Positions 6,956-16,015 of a stretch of DNA of 62,952 bases are shown piece after piece. Where the stretch lies: assembly GCA_028692655.1 (NCBI GenBank), contig JAQUWY010000007.1, positions 1-62,952 of the forward strand, written 5' to 3'. The first letter of the stretch is position 1; every line of letters starts with the position of its first letter. The translations under genes and the position numbers were made by a program. The DNA is from Candidatus Omnitrophota bacterium. GTDB taxonomy: Bacteria; Omnitrophota; Gorgyraeia; Duberdicusellales; 4484-171. The notes beneath the pieces are model-generated. The model was not told the origin of the DNA and ran no database searches. It was given only the letters and a program-made list of their open reading frames with translations.

Positions 6956-9303
6956 TTCTCTAGGATGATTTCTTCACGCAAGAGATATATCGCTTCTTCA
7001 AGATATTTTTTGAACTTTTGATAGTCTTTCTGCTCTACAATCGGCTTCTTCACAACGAATTCCTGCTTAAAATTAATAATTCCTGCGGCTTGCCGGCAGG
7101 AAACAGTAAGCTTAAACCAGGGGTTGTCTGAAATTACCTGACTTGGCAAATATTTTATAGTTACATTCTCGGGCAGCACTATATTGATATCAGCCGACTT
7201 AGTGTACAATCCTTCAAAATCTATGGGATAATTTCTTTCCTCTTTGCTTATCAATTTATAATCCAGATATACCTGATCCAAAACCGGGACTATCCGCAGT
7301 TTACCCGCCGGATTAAAAAATTTGTCGGCAAAGAAATTATAAATAAGCCTGGGGTTAGAGTCTAAACCTTCTATATTTTCAATTTTGTAATCCTTTAACT
7401 GCGAAAGAGAAGATATCTCCATCATTTTTTTCTGGATATTCTCTTTTATTATTTCAGGATGTGTATATTTTACATACCAGCGGTAAGAAGCAGCAAAAAA
7501 TCCCTCGCTTATAACACTTCTGGTAATGTCAGCGTTTTCCTCCAGTGAAATTTTTATATCCATGCCGTAACGAATAACATTATCGCTACTTTGTGGTGTA
7601 ACAAGCATTTCCCAGGTATCATCGAAAAAGACTAAAACTTTCCTGTCCTGATCTGAGGAAGGTATCCGGCCAAAAGAAGTTGTTTCGGCGGTAGGATCCA
7701 TAAATATAAGTTTACCCTCAATCTGCACAGCACAAATGGCATGATTAAAGTTTAAAGAAGGAAAACTTTCTTCTGCCGGATAAACTTGCCGGGTAGGAAT
7801 CAATACGGGATAAGCCGAAAGGCCGGCTTTTTTCAACATAGCTACCAGTAAAATAGCCTGGTCTTTGCAGTCGCCATAACGGTTAGTAAACACTTCCTGG
7901 GCCGAATGAGGTTCGTAGCCGCTGTCTCCGTATTCTATTGCCACATAGCGAATATTTTGGGCCACGAATTCATAAATGCTCTTGGCTTTTTGATAATCAT
8001 CCGCTTTGCCTTTTATCAAACCTTCTACAGCCGCTAAAGCATCTTTGCCTAAATCTAATTTCCCCTTATACAAAGATTTCCACCAGGTATAAATCTGGCC
8101 CCAAGAAGAAAAGCTTGAAACCGCAAATGCAGGATTAATCATAGACTCCGGCGGCATAGCGTATTCAGGAATGATGGATTTTACTTCCTTGAATTCCCAG
8201 CTATATATATTATTATCGGCATCCTGGCTCATAACCGGCTCAAGATTAATTTCTTTAGCATATCCCGGGTTAAAAAATTTGAATCTAGGCTGGGTTTTCT
8301 TAGGGACTATAAGCCGGAAAGAGGCTTTAAATATGGGGTAGGCTTCCCGCAAACGATAAATAAAGCTAAAGTCTTTTTCGTTGACAAGTTTAGAAGAATA
8401 AATTTTTAGTTTATACTCTATAATAGCGCCTACGTCGACTGCTGGCATAGAGACAATAAATGCCCGGGAATTACTGTATAGAGGAAAGTTAAGATACCTG
8501 CTGACATCTCTGATGTTTTCTCCTCCGGCATATACAACTTTGCCGTCTTTGGTGATAGTGCGGGCAAACTCCAATTCTACTCTCTGATAAGTAGAATCAT
8601 ACCCAACCTCAACTTCAGCAAGGCTTTTGCCCCGTTCTTTTAAAACCTTTTCTACAACATGAATTGAAGAAATAGATGTATTCTCTTCTGTTATTCTGGT
8701 TTCTTCATCCACAAGAAGCATTAGAGCAGCTTCGTCTTCTATTTTCTGAATAAATTCCTGGGAAGATTTATCCAGTTCCTCTACCTGGGGCGGGATTTTA
8801 CCCTCACTATTTGTCTTTATAAATTTTATTCTCTTTTGGGCTTTTTGTTTAAACCGGCCTTGAATTTTAGCATAGATTTTTAAAGCTTTAGGGAAAAGGT
8901 TTTTATTCTCCAAGACATCCCCGTAAAGATAAAGGTATTCTGAATCTTGCGGTTGGAGTTTAATCTGCTCAAAAAGAGCCATAGCAAAGTCGTATTCTTT
9001 TAGACGGGCGTATGTTTTAGCAAGAAGGTGGCTGGCTACAGGATTATCAAAACCAATGAGAATATCTTTTGCTTTTTGATAATCTCTAAAATTATAGTAG
9101 AACTGGGCTAGCTCGAGCCTTAATTTGGCATCATCCGGATTAAGAGCAAGCGCCTGTTGATAACTGGCGGTTAAATTCTGATAGTTCCTGCTAAAATCCG
9201 TAAGGCTTTCCTGCTGATAAAGACACCTGTTCGAAGCAGAACAGGAATAGAAACTCACCAGTAATAAAACTATTATTAATTTATGAAATGATTTTAAGCA
9301 CAC
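6910..9303 (-). CDS. Probable lipoprotein: TPR + DUF3857 + transglutaminase-like domain
   Basis: Lipobox-like FYSC; GDCKD, FNHAI, MDPT give Cys-His-Asp triad. Confidence 0.85.
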   Translation of the reverse strand: MCLKSFHKLIIVLLLVSFYSCSASNRCLYQQESLTDFSRNYQNLTASYQQALALNPDDAKLRLELAQFYYNFRDYQKAKDILIGFDNPVASHLLAKTYARLKEYDFAMALFEQIKLQPQDSEYLYLYGDVLENKNLFPKALKIYAKIQGRFKQKAQKRIKFIKTNSEGKIPPQVEELDKSSQEFIQKIEDEAALMLLVDEETRITEENTSISSIHVVEKVLKERGKSLAEVEVGYDSTYQRVELEFARTITKDGKVVYAGGENIRDVSRYLNFPLYSNSRAFIVSMPAVDVGAIIEYKLKIYSSKLVNEKDFSFIYRLREAYPIFKASFRLIVPKKTQPRFKFFNPGYAKEINLEPVMSQDADNNIYSWEFKEVKSIIPEYAMPPESMINPAFAVSSFSSWGQIYTWWKSLYKGKLDLGKDALAAVEGLIKGKADDYQKAKSIYEFVAQNIRYVAIEYGDSGYEPHSAQEVFTNRYGDCKDQAILLVAMLKKAGLSAYPVLIPTRQVYPAEESFPSLNFNHAICAVQIEGKLIFMDPTAETTSFGRIPSSDQDRKVLVFFDDTWEMLVTPQSSDNVIRYGMDIKISLEENADITRSVISEGFFAASYRWYVKYTHPEIIKENIQKKMMEISSLSQLKDYKIENIEGLDSNPRLIYNFFADKFFNPAGKLRIVPVLDQVYLDYKLISKEERNYPIDFEGLYTKSADINIVLPENVTIKYLPSQVISDNPWFKLTVSCRQAAGIINFKQEFVVKKPIVEQKDYQKFKKYLEEAIYLLREEIILEKTQMATDEKSQMITE

Positions 9304-9571
9304 TTTTAATATCCTGGCCTTCCTTTATTCCCAGGCTTTTAGCTTTACGGCTGGCTGAATACACGTTGGAACTCAAAGCCTGCTTGATGGTAGAAACACC
9401 TTTGATTAAAACCGCCGTATCTTTAAAGCTGTCGGCAGCTTTTAAGTTTAGATAGCCGCACATCACATAACCGCGCCTGCCTTTTAGAATTATCAGCTTC
9501 TTTTTCCCCAGAGGCATACAATAAGCTGCGATATTTTTTCTGCCTATCCTTATCTTTTTAGTTTGCAGCAT
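9281..9571 (-). CDS. DUF1805/YunC family protein
   Basis: GYVMCGYLN motif, 96 aa. Confidence 0.85.
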   Translation of the reverse strand: MLQTKKIRIGRKNIAAYCMPLGKKKLIILKGRRGYVMCGYLNLKAADSFKDTAVLIKGVSTIKQALSSNVYSASRKAKSLGIKEGQDIKSVLKIIS

Positions 9572-9601
9572 TTTTAAAAGATTTGCTTTTTAAGATACTA
9601 T

Positions 9602-10753
9602 CTATTTAAGAGCTTTTATAAATCTCTCTATGCGGATTATCGCTTCTTTTAAATTGTCCAGAGTGTTGGCGTAAGATATCCTTATATGCGTATCAAATTC
9701 GTCGCCAAAAGCTTTTCCCGGAACGACAGCGACTTTTTCCTGAAATAAAAGCTTCTTCGCAAAATCCAGGCAATTAACATGGAATTTTTTCAGGGAAGGG
9801 AAACAATAAAAAGCGCCTTGAGGCTTTGGAGTATAGAATCCCAGGCGGTTTAATTCCTTAACTACAAAGTCTCTTCTTCTTTTATATTGGCTCCGCATAT
9901 CCGCGACTTCTCTCTGAGCCCGCAGAGCTTCTATCGCGGCAACTTGCGAAACAATAGGGACACACATCATTGAAAAAGAATGGATTTTAGTCATGGCAGA
10001 AATAATTTCCTTGTCAGCACATACATACCCCACCCTAAACCCTGTCATCGCATACCCTTTGGAAAACCCATTAAGCAGAATCGTTTTACGTTTGGCTTTT
10101 TTATCTAAAGCAGTAAAAGGTACATGCTTAAAATCGTAGGTCAACTCATCATAAACTTCATCGCTTATAACAAGCGCCCCGCTTAAAGCTATCAGACGCC
10201 AAATCTTTGCGAGCTCCGAACCAGAATAATGAACCCCAGTCGGGTTTGAAGGATTGTTCAAGATAATAGCTTTAGGTTTTACAGATAGGGCGTTCTTTAG
10301 CTGCTTTAAATCTATCTTAAAATCACTTTTTTCGTCAGTAATTAGATACTGCACTTTTGCTCCGGCAATTTGTGCTAAAGCCGGATAAGCTACGTAATGA
10401 GGGCTTATTACTAAAACCACGTCTTTTGGCTCTACTATGGCACGCAAAGCAAGGTCAAGCCCTTCACTGACACCGGTAGTTATTAAAATTTCATTTTCCG
10501 GTTTATAGTTAAGCGAGTATTTAGAATTTAGAAATTCAGAAATCCCCTGACGAAGGCTAAGTAAACCGCTGTTAGAAGTATAAGAAGTCAAGCCTTCTTC
10601 AAGAGCAGTAATAGCTTTTTCCCTGATTCTCCAAGGGGTTATAAAATCCGGCTCGCCTACACCCAGGGAAATAACCTCCGGCATGCCCAGCACCAGGTCA
10701 AAGAATTCCCTGATTCCCGAAGGAGAAACTTTTTTTATGTGTTTAGCAATCAT
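9602..10753 (-). CDS. Class I/II PLP-dependent aminotransferase
   Basis: LGVGEPDF, NPSNPTG, SDEVY, GFSKGYAMTGFRVG; start moved to MIAK. Confidence 0.93.
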   Translation of the reverse strand: MIAKHIKKVSPSGIREFFDLVLGMPEVISLGVGEPDFITPWRIREKAITALEEGLTSYTSNSGLLSLRQGISEFLNSKYSLNYKPENEILITTGVSEGLDLALRAIVEPKDVVLVISPHYVAYPALAQIAGAKVQYLITDEKSDFKIDLKQLKNALSVKPKAIILNNPSNPTGVHYSGSELAKIWRLIALSGALVISDEVYDELTYDFKHVPFTALDKKAKRKTILLNGFSKGYAMTGFRVGYVCADKEIISAMTKIHSFSMMCVPIVSQVAAIEALRAQREVADMRSQYKRRRDFVVKELNRLGFYTPKPQGAFYCFPSLKKFHVNCLDFAKKLLFQEKVAVVPGKAFGDEFDTHIRISYANTLDNLKEAIIRIERFIKALK

Positions 10754-10762
10754 ATTATTTCT

Positions 10763-10833
10763 GTGCCTGTACACCAGCCACCAGTGCACCAGTTAATTTT
10801 TCTCACCAGTGCTATGGCGTTACTGTAACCGGC
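10763..10833. repeat. CACCAG(T/C) ~7-mer repeat tract
   Basis: caccagc-caccagt-gcaccagt ... caccagt in lrp-aminotransferase gap. Confidence 0.55.
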
Positions 10834-10839
10834 ACTCCT

Positions 10840-11322
10840 TTAATAGGTTATCGGCAATCTTTGGTTTTTGTCTTTTTTTGTTAAAATTATCCCGTCTTCT
10901 TTATATTTTTTAAGCATAAAATGTGTAGCCGTAGCTTTTACCGAACTCAAAGGAGCCAGCTTTTCGGAAACAAATCCAGCCACAGTCTGTATATCTTTGC
11001 CGGAGACCTCTAACAGCAAATCATACGTACCCGACAAAAGATAGCAATTTTTTACTTCCGGAAAACGGTAAATCCTTTCAGCGATAAGATCGAAACCTAC
11101 ATCTTTCTGCGGTGCTATTCTAACTTCTATAAGCGCTACGACGTTCTGTTCATTTTTGAGTTTTGTTTTATTAATAATAGCTTTATATTTTACGATAATT
11201 CCTTTTTTTTCGTAACTCTTTACTGCTTTTTCTATTTCTTTGATACTCTTGCCGGTTAATTTTTTCAGGTCTTCAAAAGAAATCCTGGCATTACTTTCTA
11301 AAATCTCCAAGATATCATCCAT
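10840..11322 (-). CDS. Lrp/AsnC family transcriptional regulator
   Basis: ILEILESNARIS HTH, SGTYDLLL; AAGGAGG RBS before MDDIL. Confidence 0.93.
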   Translation of the reverse strand: MDDILEILESNARISFEDLKKLTGKSIKEIEKAVKSYEKKGIIVKYKAIINKTKLKNEQNVVALIEVRIAPQKDVGFDLIAERIYRFPEVKNCYLLSGTYDLLLEVSGKDIQTVAGFVSEKLAPLSSVKATATHFMLKKYKEDGIILTKKDKNQRLPITY

Positions 11323-11606
11323 ATTATCCTCCTTGCGTAATTTTATTGGAGCTTTCATAATTTATAAATACCTTCTGCGGGTTTAATATCTCCTAATAGC
11401 TTCGCTGGCAGGCTATTGTAATCTTCCAAAATAGCCACATCTGCATCTTCATCATCCGAAACAGAAACCTGAAAGCTTAGAATATTTTAACCCCTCGCAA
11501 GATACGCCGGGCTTTAGGGCCATCTCTATGAATAGCCCGAGAGGGCTTTGCTCTTAAATTCGGCACACTCTGTATTTTACCAAATTATTCCTTTATGCAT
11601 AGAAAA

Positions 11607-12437
11607 TTATGCATCGGAAGGTTCCGTGTGTAAATTCAGGATTTGCCTTAGGCTTATCCTCAAAACTTTCGAATCCTTATCCTGATAGCACAGGTAAAAA
11701 CCTTTTTTTTCTTGTGTGACCTGCAGCGGTTTAAGCAGCGCCTCTTCAACCCTCCGCGCACAAGAAAAGCATCTTGCTTTAATTACACCTTCGGAATCAA
11801 TAACCTGACGCAAGACGCCTATTTTCTTATTTTCTTGGGCCTGAAAAATGTCATTATCTAACCCGCAAAGAGATACAAGCTCCTCTAAAGTTTCAATCCC
11901 CTTTTGCTTAAAAACATCTATAAGCTTATAGAAAATTTTAGCGGCAAAAAGAGAATCATCTATCGCCCTATGGAATCCACCACTGCAATCTAAATTAAAA
12001 TAGCGGGCAACTGACTCAAGATTATATCTGGTCAGTTCCAACAAACCTCTGGCCATCGAGAGTATGTCAACAGCCGGAACATCCGGGGCTTCATAGTTGT
12101 TTTTTTTAAGATAGTGTTTAATAAACCCTACATCAAAACCGGCATTATATGCACAGATAATGGATCCTTTTAAGAATTTAATCAGGTTATCGGCAATTTC
12201 TTTAAAAGCAGGTGCATTTTTAAGTTCTTCATCAGAAATTTTATGCACCTGGTAAGCCTCCTTGGGCATAAGTTTTCCGGGATTAACCAGGCTGTGAAAT
12301 GTCTGAATCGTCCGGCGTTTTTCCATTTTTACCGCACCTATCTCACAAATTGCATCTCCCATAACAAAATCTAAGCCGGTAGTTTCTAAATCAAGAAAAA
12401 CTAAAGTGTACTCTTCAATATTTTTTTTTAAATCCAT
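11607..12437 (-). CDS. DEDDh 3'-5' exonuclease (DNA Pol III epsilon-like) with possible WYL-like C-terminus
   Basis: DLETTG, YNAGFD, HRAIDD; start moved to MDLKK. Confidence 0.85.
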   Translation of the reverse strand: MDLKKNIEEYTLVFLDLETTGLDFVMGDAICEIGAVKMEKRRTIQTFHSLVNPGKLMPKEAYQVHKISDEELKNAPAFKEIADNLIKFLKGSIICAYNAGFDVGFIKHYLKKNNYEAPDVPAVDILSMARGLLELTRYNLESVARYFNLDCSGGFHRAIDDSLFAAKIFYKLIDVFKQKGIETLEELVSLCGLDNDIFQAQENKKIGVLRQVIDSEGVIKARCFSCARRVEEALLKPLQVTQEKKGFYLCYQDKDSKVLRISLRQILNLHTEPSDA

Positions 12438-12442
12438 ATTTT

Positions 12443-12520
12443 TCGGTTTGCGGTTAACGGCGTTCGGTTTTCGGATTTTCTTTTTTTTCGAAAACCGCAA
12501 ACCTAAAACCGACAACCGAA
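12443..12520. repeat. 7-mer repeat hairpin (TTCGGTT / AAAACCG)
   Basis: ttcggtt tgcggtt aacggcg ttcggtt ttcggat facing aaaaccg caaacct aaaaccg acaaccg. Confidence 0.7.
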
Positions 12521-12524
12521 TTAA

Positions 12525-12935
12525 TTAGATGATTATCTTAGCAACAACTGTTCTTTCTCTAGAACGTGTGTCGAAATCAACCAATACTATTTGCTGCCAG
12601 GTACCTAAATCAAGATTACTTTCAGAAACGGAAACAAAAAAATTAGTTTTTAAAAAAGTGCTGCGTAAATGCGAATGGCCATTGTCATCACTCCATGCAG
12701 CATTATGAGCATAATCTTTGCGAAAGGGCAACAGGCGCTCAAAAGACTGGCTTAGATCTTTTACCAAACCGGGCTCATATTCCATAGTAGTCAAGGCTGC
12801 AGTTGAACCTATGACTGACAGAAAAATAATCCCGCTTTCTATGTGGTTTTGGGCGATGAGAGCCTGTATTTGAGGGGTAATATTGATAATATCATCGTTC
12901 CCTTTGGTCTTTATCTTTATAAATGCTGTTATCAT
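12525..12935 (-). CDS. YjbQ family protein (paralog 1)
   Basis: DNGHSHLRS, LGTWQQIVLVDFD. Confidence 0.9.
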   Translation of the reverse strand: MITAFIKIKTKGNDDIINITPQIQALIAQNHIESGIIFLSVIGSTAALTTMEYEPGLVKDLSQSFERLLPFRKDYAHNAAWSDDNGHSHLRSTFLKTNFFVSVSESNLDLGTWQQIVLVDFDTRSRERTVVAKIII

Positions 12936-12955
12936 ACTCCCAAAATGGCCCGGAT

Positions 12956-13279
12956 TTATCCTATTTTGCTGCCGGGGTCAACTTTCTTATCGCAGGTTAA
13001 TAGTCCCAAATCATCCTTTGAGCGGGCCGCTAAAAGCATGCCTTCGGAAACTATACCCCTGAGAGTTTTCGGTTCAAGATTGGCCAGCACCACCACCTGT
13101 TTACCCAGCAAAGAATCCTGCTCATAAAAAGGCTTGATCCCAGCCACCAAAGTAACTACTTTTTCTCCAATATCAACTTTTAGAACATATAGTTTTTCCG
13201 CATCGGGATGAGGGTTTACCTCGATTACTTTGCCTATTTTTAAGTCTAATTTTGAAAAATCATCGAAACTTACCATCAA
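12956..13279 (-). CDS. Stand-alone tRNA-binding OB-fold protein (Trbp111/CsaA/MetG C-terminal-like)
   Basis: FSKLDLKIG, HPDAEKLY, NLEPKTLRGIVSEGMLL. Confidence 0.9.
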   Translation of the reverse strand: MMVSFDDFSKLDLKIGKVIEVNPHPDAEKLYVLKVDIGEKVVTLVAGIKPFYEQDSLLGKQVVVLANLEPKTLRGIVSEGMLLAARSKDDLGLLTCDKKVDPGSKIG

Positions 13280-13447
13280 ACCTCCTTCTGAATGATACCA
13301 CCGTTGAATATTGTAGAATATTTTATTTAACAGACTTTAAAATTTTCAAGCCTCATCTTTCTTGATTCTACCAACTCTTGAAATTAAAGCAATGTTTTTT
13401 GTTTTATGCCGGCAAGGAAGGCTTAACCTGTTAAGAAAGTCTATCTG

Positions 13448-13762
13448 TCAGGCCTTAAAAGCTATATCTTTTATAATTATCCAGAGCAGAACGACTATGA
13501 TAACCGTAGATACAATGTAGAAATCATGAAAATATATGAACTCTCGCAGCTTTTCTAAATTACGGTGCTGTTTTTCAGGAATATTGTATTTCTTCTTTAT
13601 CGCCGGGCGGATTTTTAGAACATCTTCCCTCCTGAAACGCAGGAATTCTCCGGCAACTTTAAAATGAGGGATAATGTTGTTGTTTGCCAAAGCGATTATT
13701 TCTTTTTCGGGGATTCCCAGGATATGCGAAGCTTCCCGGGTAGCTAAAAGTTTTTCTTTCAT
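13448..13762 (-). CDS. Excisionase-like HTH protein with C-terminal TM helix
   Basis: LLATREASHILG..IPHFKVAGEFLRF; hydrophobic YIVSTVIIVVLLWIII. Confidence 0.75.
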   Translation of the reverse strand: MKEKLLATREASHILGIPEKEIIALANNNIIPHFKVAGEFLRFRREDVLKIRPAIKKKYNIPEKQHRNLEKLREFIYFHDFYIVSTVIIVVLLWIIIKDIAFKA

Positions 13763-13915
13763 TTTTACTTCTAATACTTTTATTTCTATTACTTAATTCT
13801 TTTAAGAAAATATATTTTACAGTATTTTTATATCAAGGCAATGTTTATTTTAAGCCGCAAGCTGACTTAAAAGGCACAACAATACTCGGCGGAATAAGTT
13901 CAAGCGGTATTCTTA

Positions 13916-14410
13916 TCAAGTTCTGGTAGCTATCCACTCTTCTACTTGTTTACGGTCAAACAAGAGCTTATTGCCTTCTTTTTCAACCGGAATCTTGCCT
14001 CCGTCAACCCATTCCATGATCTTTCCCTCCTCGATTGACAGGTAATCGGAAAGCTCTGAAAGAGATATTTGAGATTCAAGCATCCGGCTCTTACCGTTAA
14101 ATACGGCACCTTCTTCAATGGAGAGCTTGGGAGCCTGGATGTCTCCAACAACTTGAGCGGTAGAAACAAGTCTTAAAATTTCGCTGGCCCTGATATTACC
14201 TTTTACGTTTCCGGCAACAGTAACTGCCTCTCCAATAATATCAGCCTTAACCTCAGCGCTGGAACCTATAATCAGATTGCCTTTGGTAGTAAGATTTCCT
14301 TCAAACTTACCGTTAATCCTCAAATTTACAGGGTCGGAAAAAACCAGGCTTCCCTGCATGGCGGCATCAACATCAAGGACTTTCTCATCCATCCTTCTTT
14401 TGGCCATCAT
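13916..14410 (-). CDS. Bactofilin fused to C-terminal excisionase-like HTH
   Basis: LRINGKFEGNL..VAGNVKGNI..LSIEEGAVFNG; LSELSDYLSI..WVDGGKIP..LLFDR. Confidence 0.85.
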   Translation of the reverse strand: MMAKRRMDEKVLDVDAAMQGSLVFSDPVNLRINGKFEGNLTTKGNLIIGSSAEVKADIIGEAVTVAGNVKGNIRASEILRLVSTAQVVGDIQAPKLSIEEGAVFNGKSRMLESQISLSELSDYLSIEEGKIMEWVDGGKIPVEKEGNKLLFDRKQVEEWIATRT

Positions 14411-14461
14411 TACACCCCCTAATATTATATCTACTGGCTATTTTTAAAACAGAAAACCATA

Positions 14462-14887
14462 TTAAAGAATATTTTTCTCTACTTTTTTTAAAACGGAAAG
14501 GGAAAGATAAGAAAGCAAGGTTACGATAATCGCTCCACTTATATACCCGCAGCCTATTGCCAGGCCTATGCCCGAGCTCACCCAAACACTTGCGGCTGTT
14601 GTCAAGCCTTTGACACCCTCCCTGCTCCTAATAATTGTTCCGGCTCCTAAAAATCCTATGCCAGTTACTACACCTGCAGCGATACGCGCAGGGTCAATAG
14701 AGCCTTGGCCCTGGTAAACGCCGTGCACATAAAGAGAGGTCAACATTATAAGAGCCGAGCCCATACACACTAATATATGAGTCCTGAAACCTGCCCCGCC
14801 GCCTTTTTTTTCGCGTTCCAGGCCTATGATGCCTCCCAAAATAAAAGCAATAATTAATCGTAAAGTAGTAGAAAGTATATTAGGCAT
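14462..14887 (-). CDS. MgtC/SapB family membrane protein
   Basis: GLERE, AGFRTH, DPARIAAGVVTGIGFLGAG. Confidence 0.92.
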   Translation of the reverse strand: MPNILSTTLRLIIAFILGGIIGLEREKKGGGAGFRTHILVCMGSALIMLTSLYVHGVYQGQGSIDPARIAAGVVTGIGFLGAGTIIRSREGVKGLTTAASVWVSSGIGLAIGCGYISGAIIVTLLSYLSLSVLKKVEKNIL

Positions 14888-15877
14888 TTAGCTGCCTCCT
14901 GCTTCTAAATTTAAACGGCTTCTGACCCCTAATGTATTATACAGGTAAAAACCCAATCCCGCAACTGCCGCGGCATTGTCCCCGGAATATTCTTTGGGAG
15001 AAATCAAGAAAGAAAGCCCTTCATCCTCTTTCTTTTTAAGCATTTTTCGTAAATAAGTGTTGGCGGCCACCCCTCCTCCTATCACCACCTTAGAAATTTT
15101 ATACTTATCGGCCGCCTCTATGATAGTCTTAGTAATGGCCTGTGCCACTGTGTGCTGGAAAGAAGAGATCAAACCGATTTTTGCTTTGTGATTAAAAGCG
15201 TTTTCCTTTTCTAAATCTCTTTTTTTATAAATTAAAGCTGTTTTGATGCCGCTAAAGCTCAAATCAAAGCCTGACTTTCCACACTTAAAGTTGAAATCTT
15301 CTCGGCAGGCATGCTGATAAAGCCTATCGATGACAGGGCCTCCCGGGTATCCTAAGCCATAATGCACGGCTATTTTATCATAAACTTCTCCGCAGGCATC
15401 ATCTTTAGTCCTGCCGATAAGCCTGGGCTTGCTAAAATCTTCAACCAGATATAAATCTGTATGCCCGCCTGAAATAACTACTCCCAGAAAAGGAAAAGTT
15501 ACAGTATTTTTGTTATTCAAAAAAGGAGCGAAAAGATGGGCATGCAGATGATCCACTCCCAGAAAAGGTTTTCTTAAAGCCAAAGACAAGGCCTTAGCGA
15601 AATTCAACCCTACCACCAAAGCTCCTATTAAGCCCGGACGATAAGTAGCAGTAATAAGATTTATTTTTTTAAGAGAGACCCCTGATTTTTTCTCTGCAGT
15701 TGAAACGATCTTATCGATATTTTTTAAATGGGCCCGGGTGGCTATCTCAGGGATAACCCCTCCATATTTCTTATGCTCGCGCAGCGATGAAAGAGTTATA
15801 TTAGCAAGGACACGATAATCTTTAAGGATAGCACAAGAGGTTTCATCACAAGAAGTTTCTATTCCAAGAGTATACAT
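14888..15877 (-). CDS. tsaD: tRNA N6-adenosine threonylcarbamoyltransferase
   Basis: GIETSCDET, HLHAH, SGGHT, GGGVAAN, DNAA. Confidence 0.96.
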   Translation of the reverse strand: MYTLGIETSCDETSCAILKDYRVLANITLSSLREHKKYGGVIPEIATRAHLKNIDKIVSTAEKKSGVSLKKINLITATYRPGLIGALVVGLNFAKALSLALRKPFLGVDHLHAHLFAPFLNNKNTVTFPFLGVVISGGHTDLYLVEDFSKPRLIGRTKDDACGEVYDKIAVHYGLGYPGGPVIDRLYQHACREDFNFKCGKSGFDLSFSGIKTALIYKKRDLEKENAFNHKAKIGLISSFQHTVAQAITKTIIEAADKYKISKVVIGGGVAANTYLRKMLKKKEDEGLSFLISPKEYSGDNAAAVAGLGFYLYNTLGVRSRLNLEAGGS

Positions 15878-16015
15878 ATAGATTCAAATTAATAACCTAT
15901 TTCTGTGTATTTCAACATAGTTCTATTATATTCCTACAGGCATTGAGATACGGTAAATATGCTTTGTAAAATAAAGCAGGAATACATTATTTAATATTTA
16001 AATTTTAGAATCACG

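Noticed and set aside
12438-12515. Basic N-terminal extension of the exonuclease
   Set aside because: It is the 7-mer hairpin read in frame; MDLKK is the more plausible start
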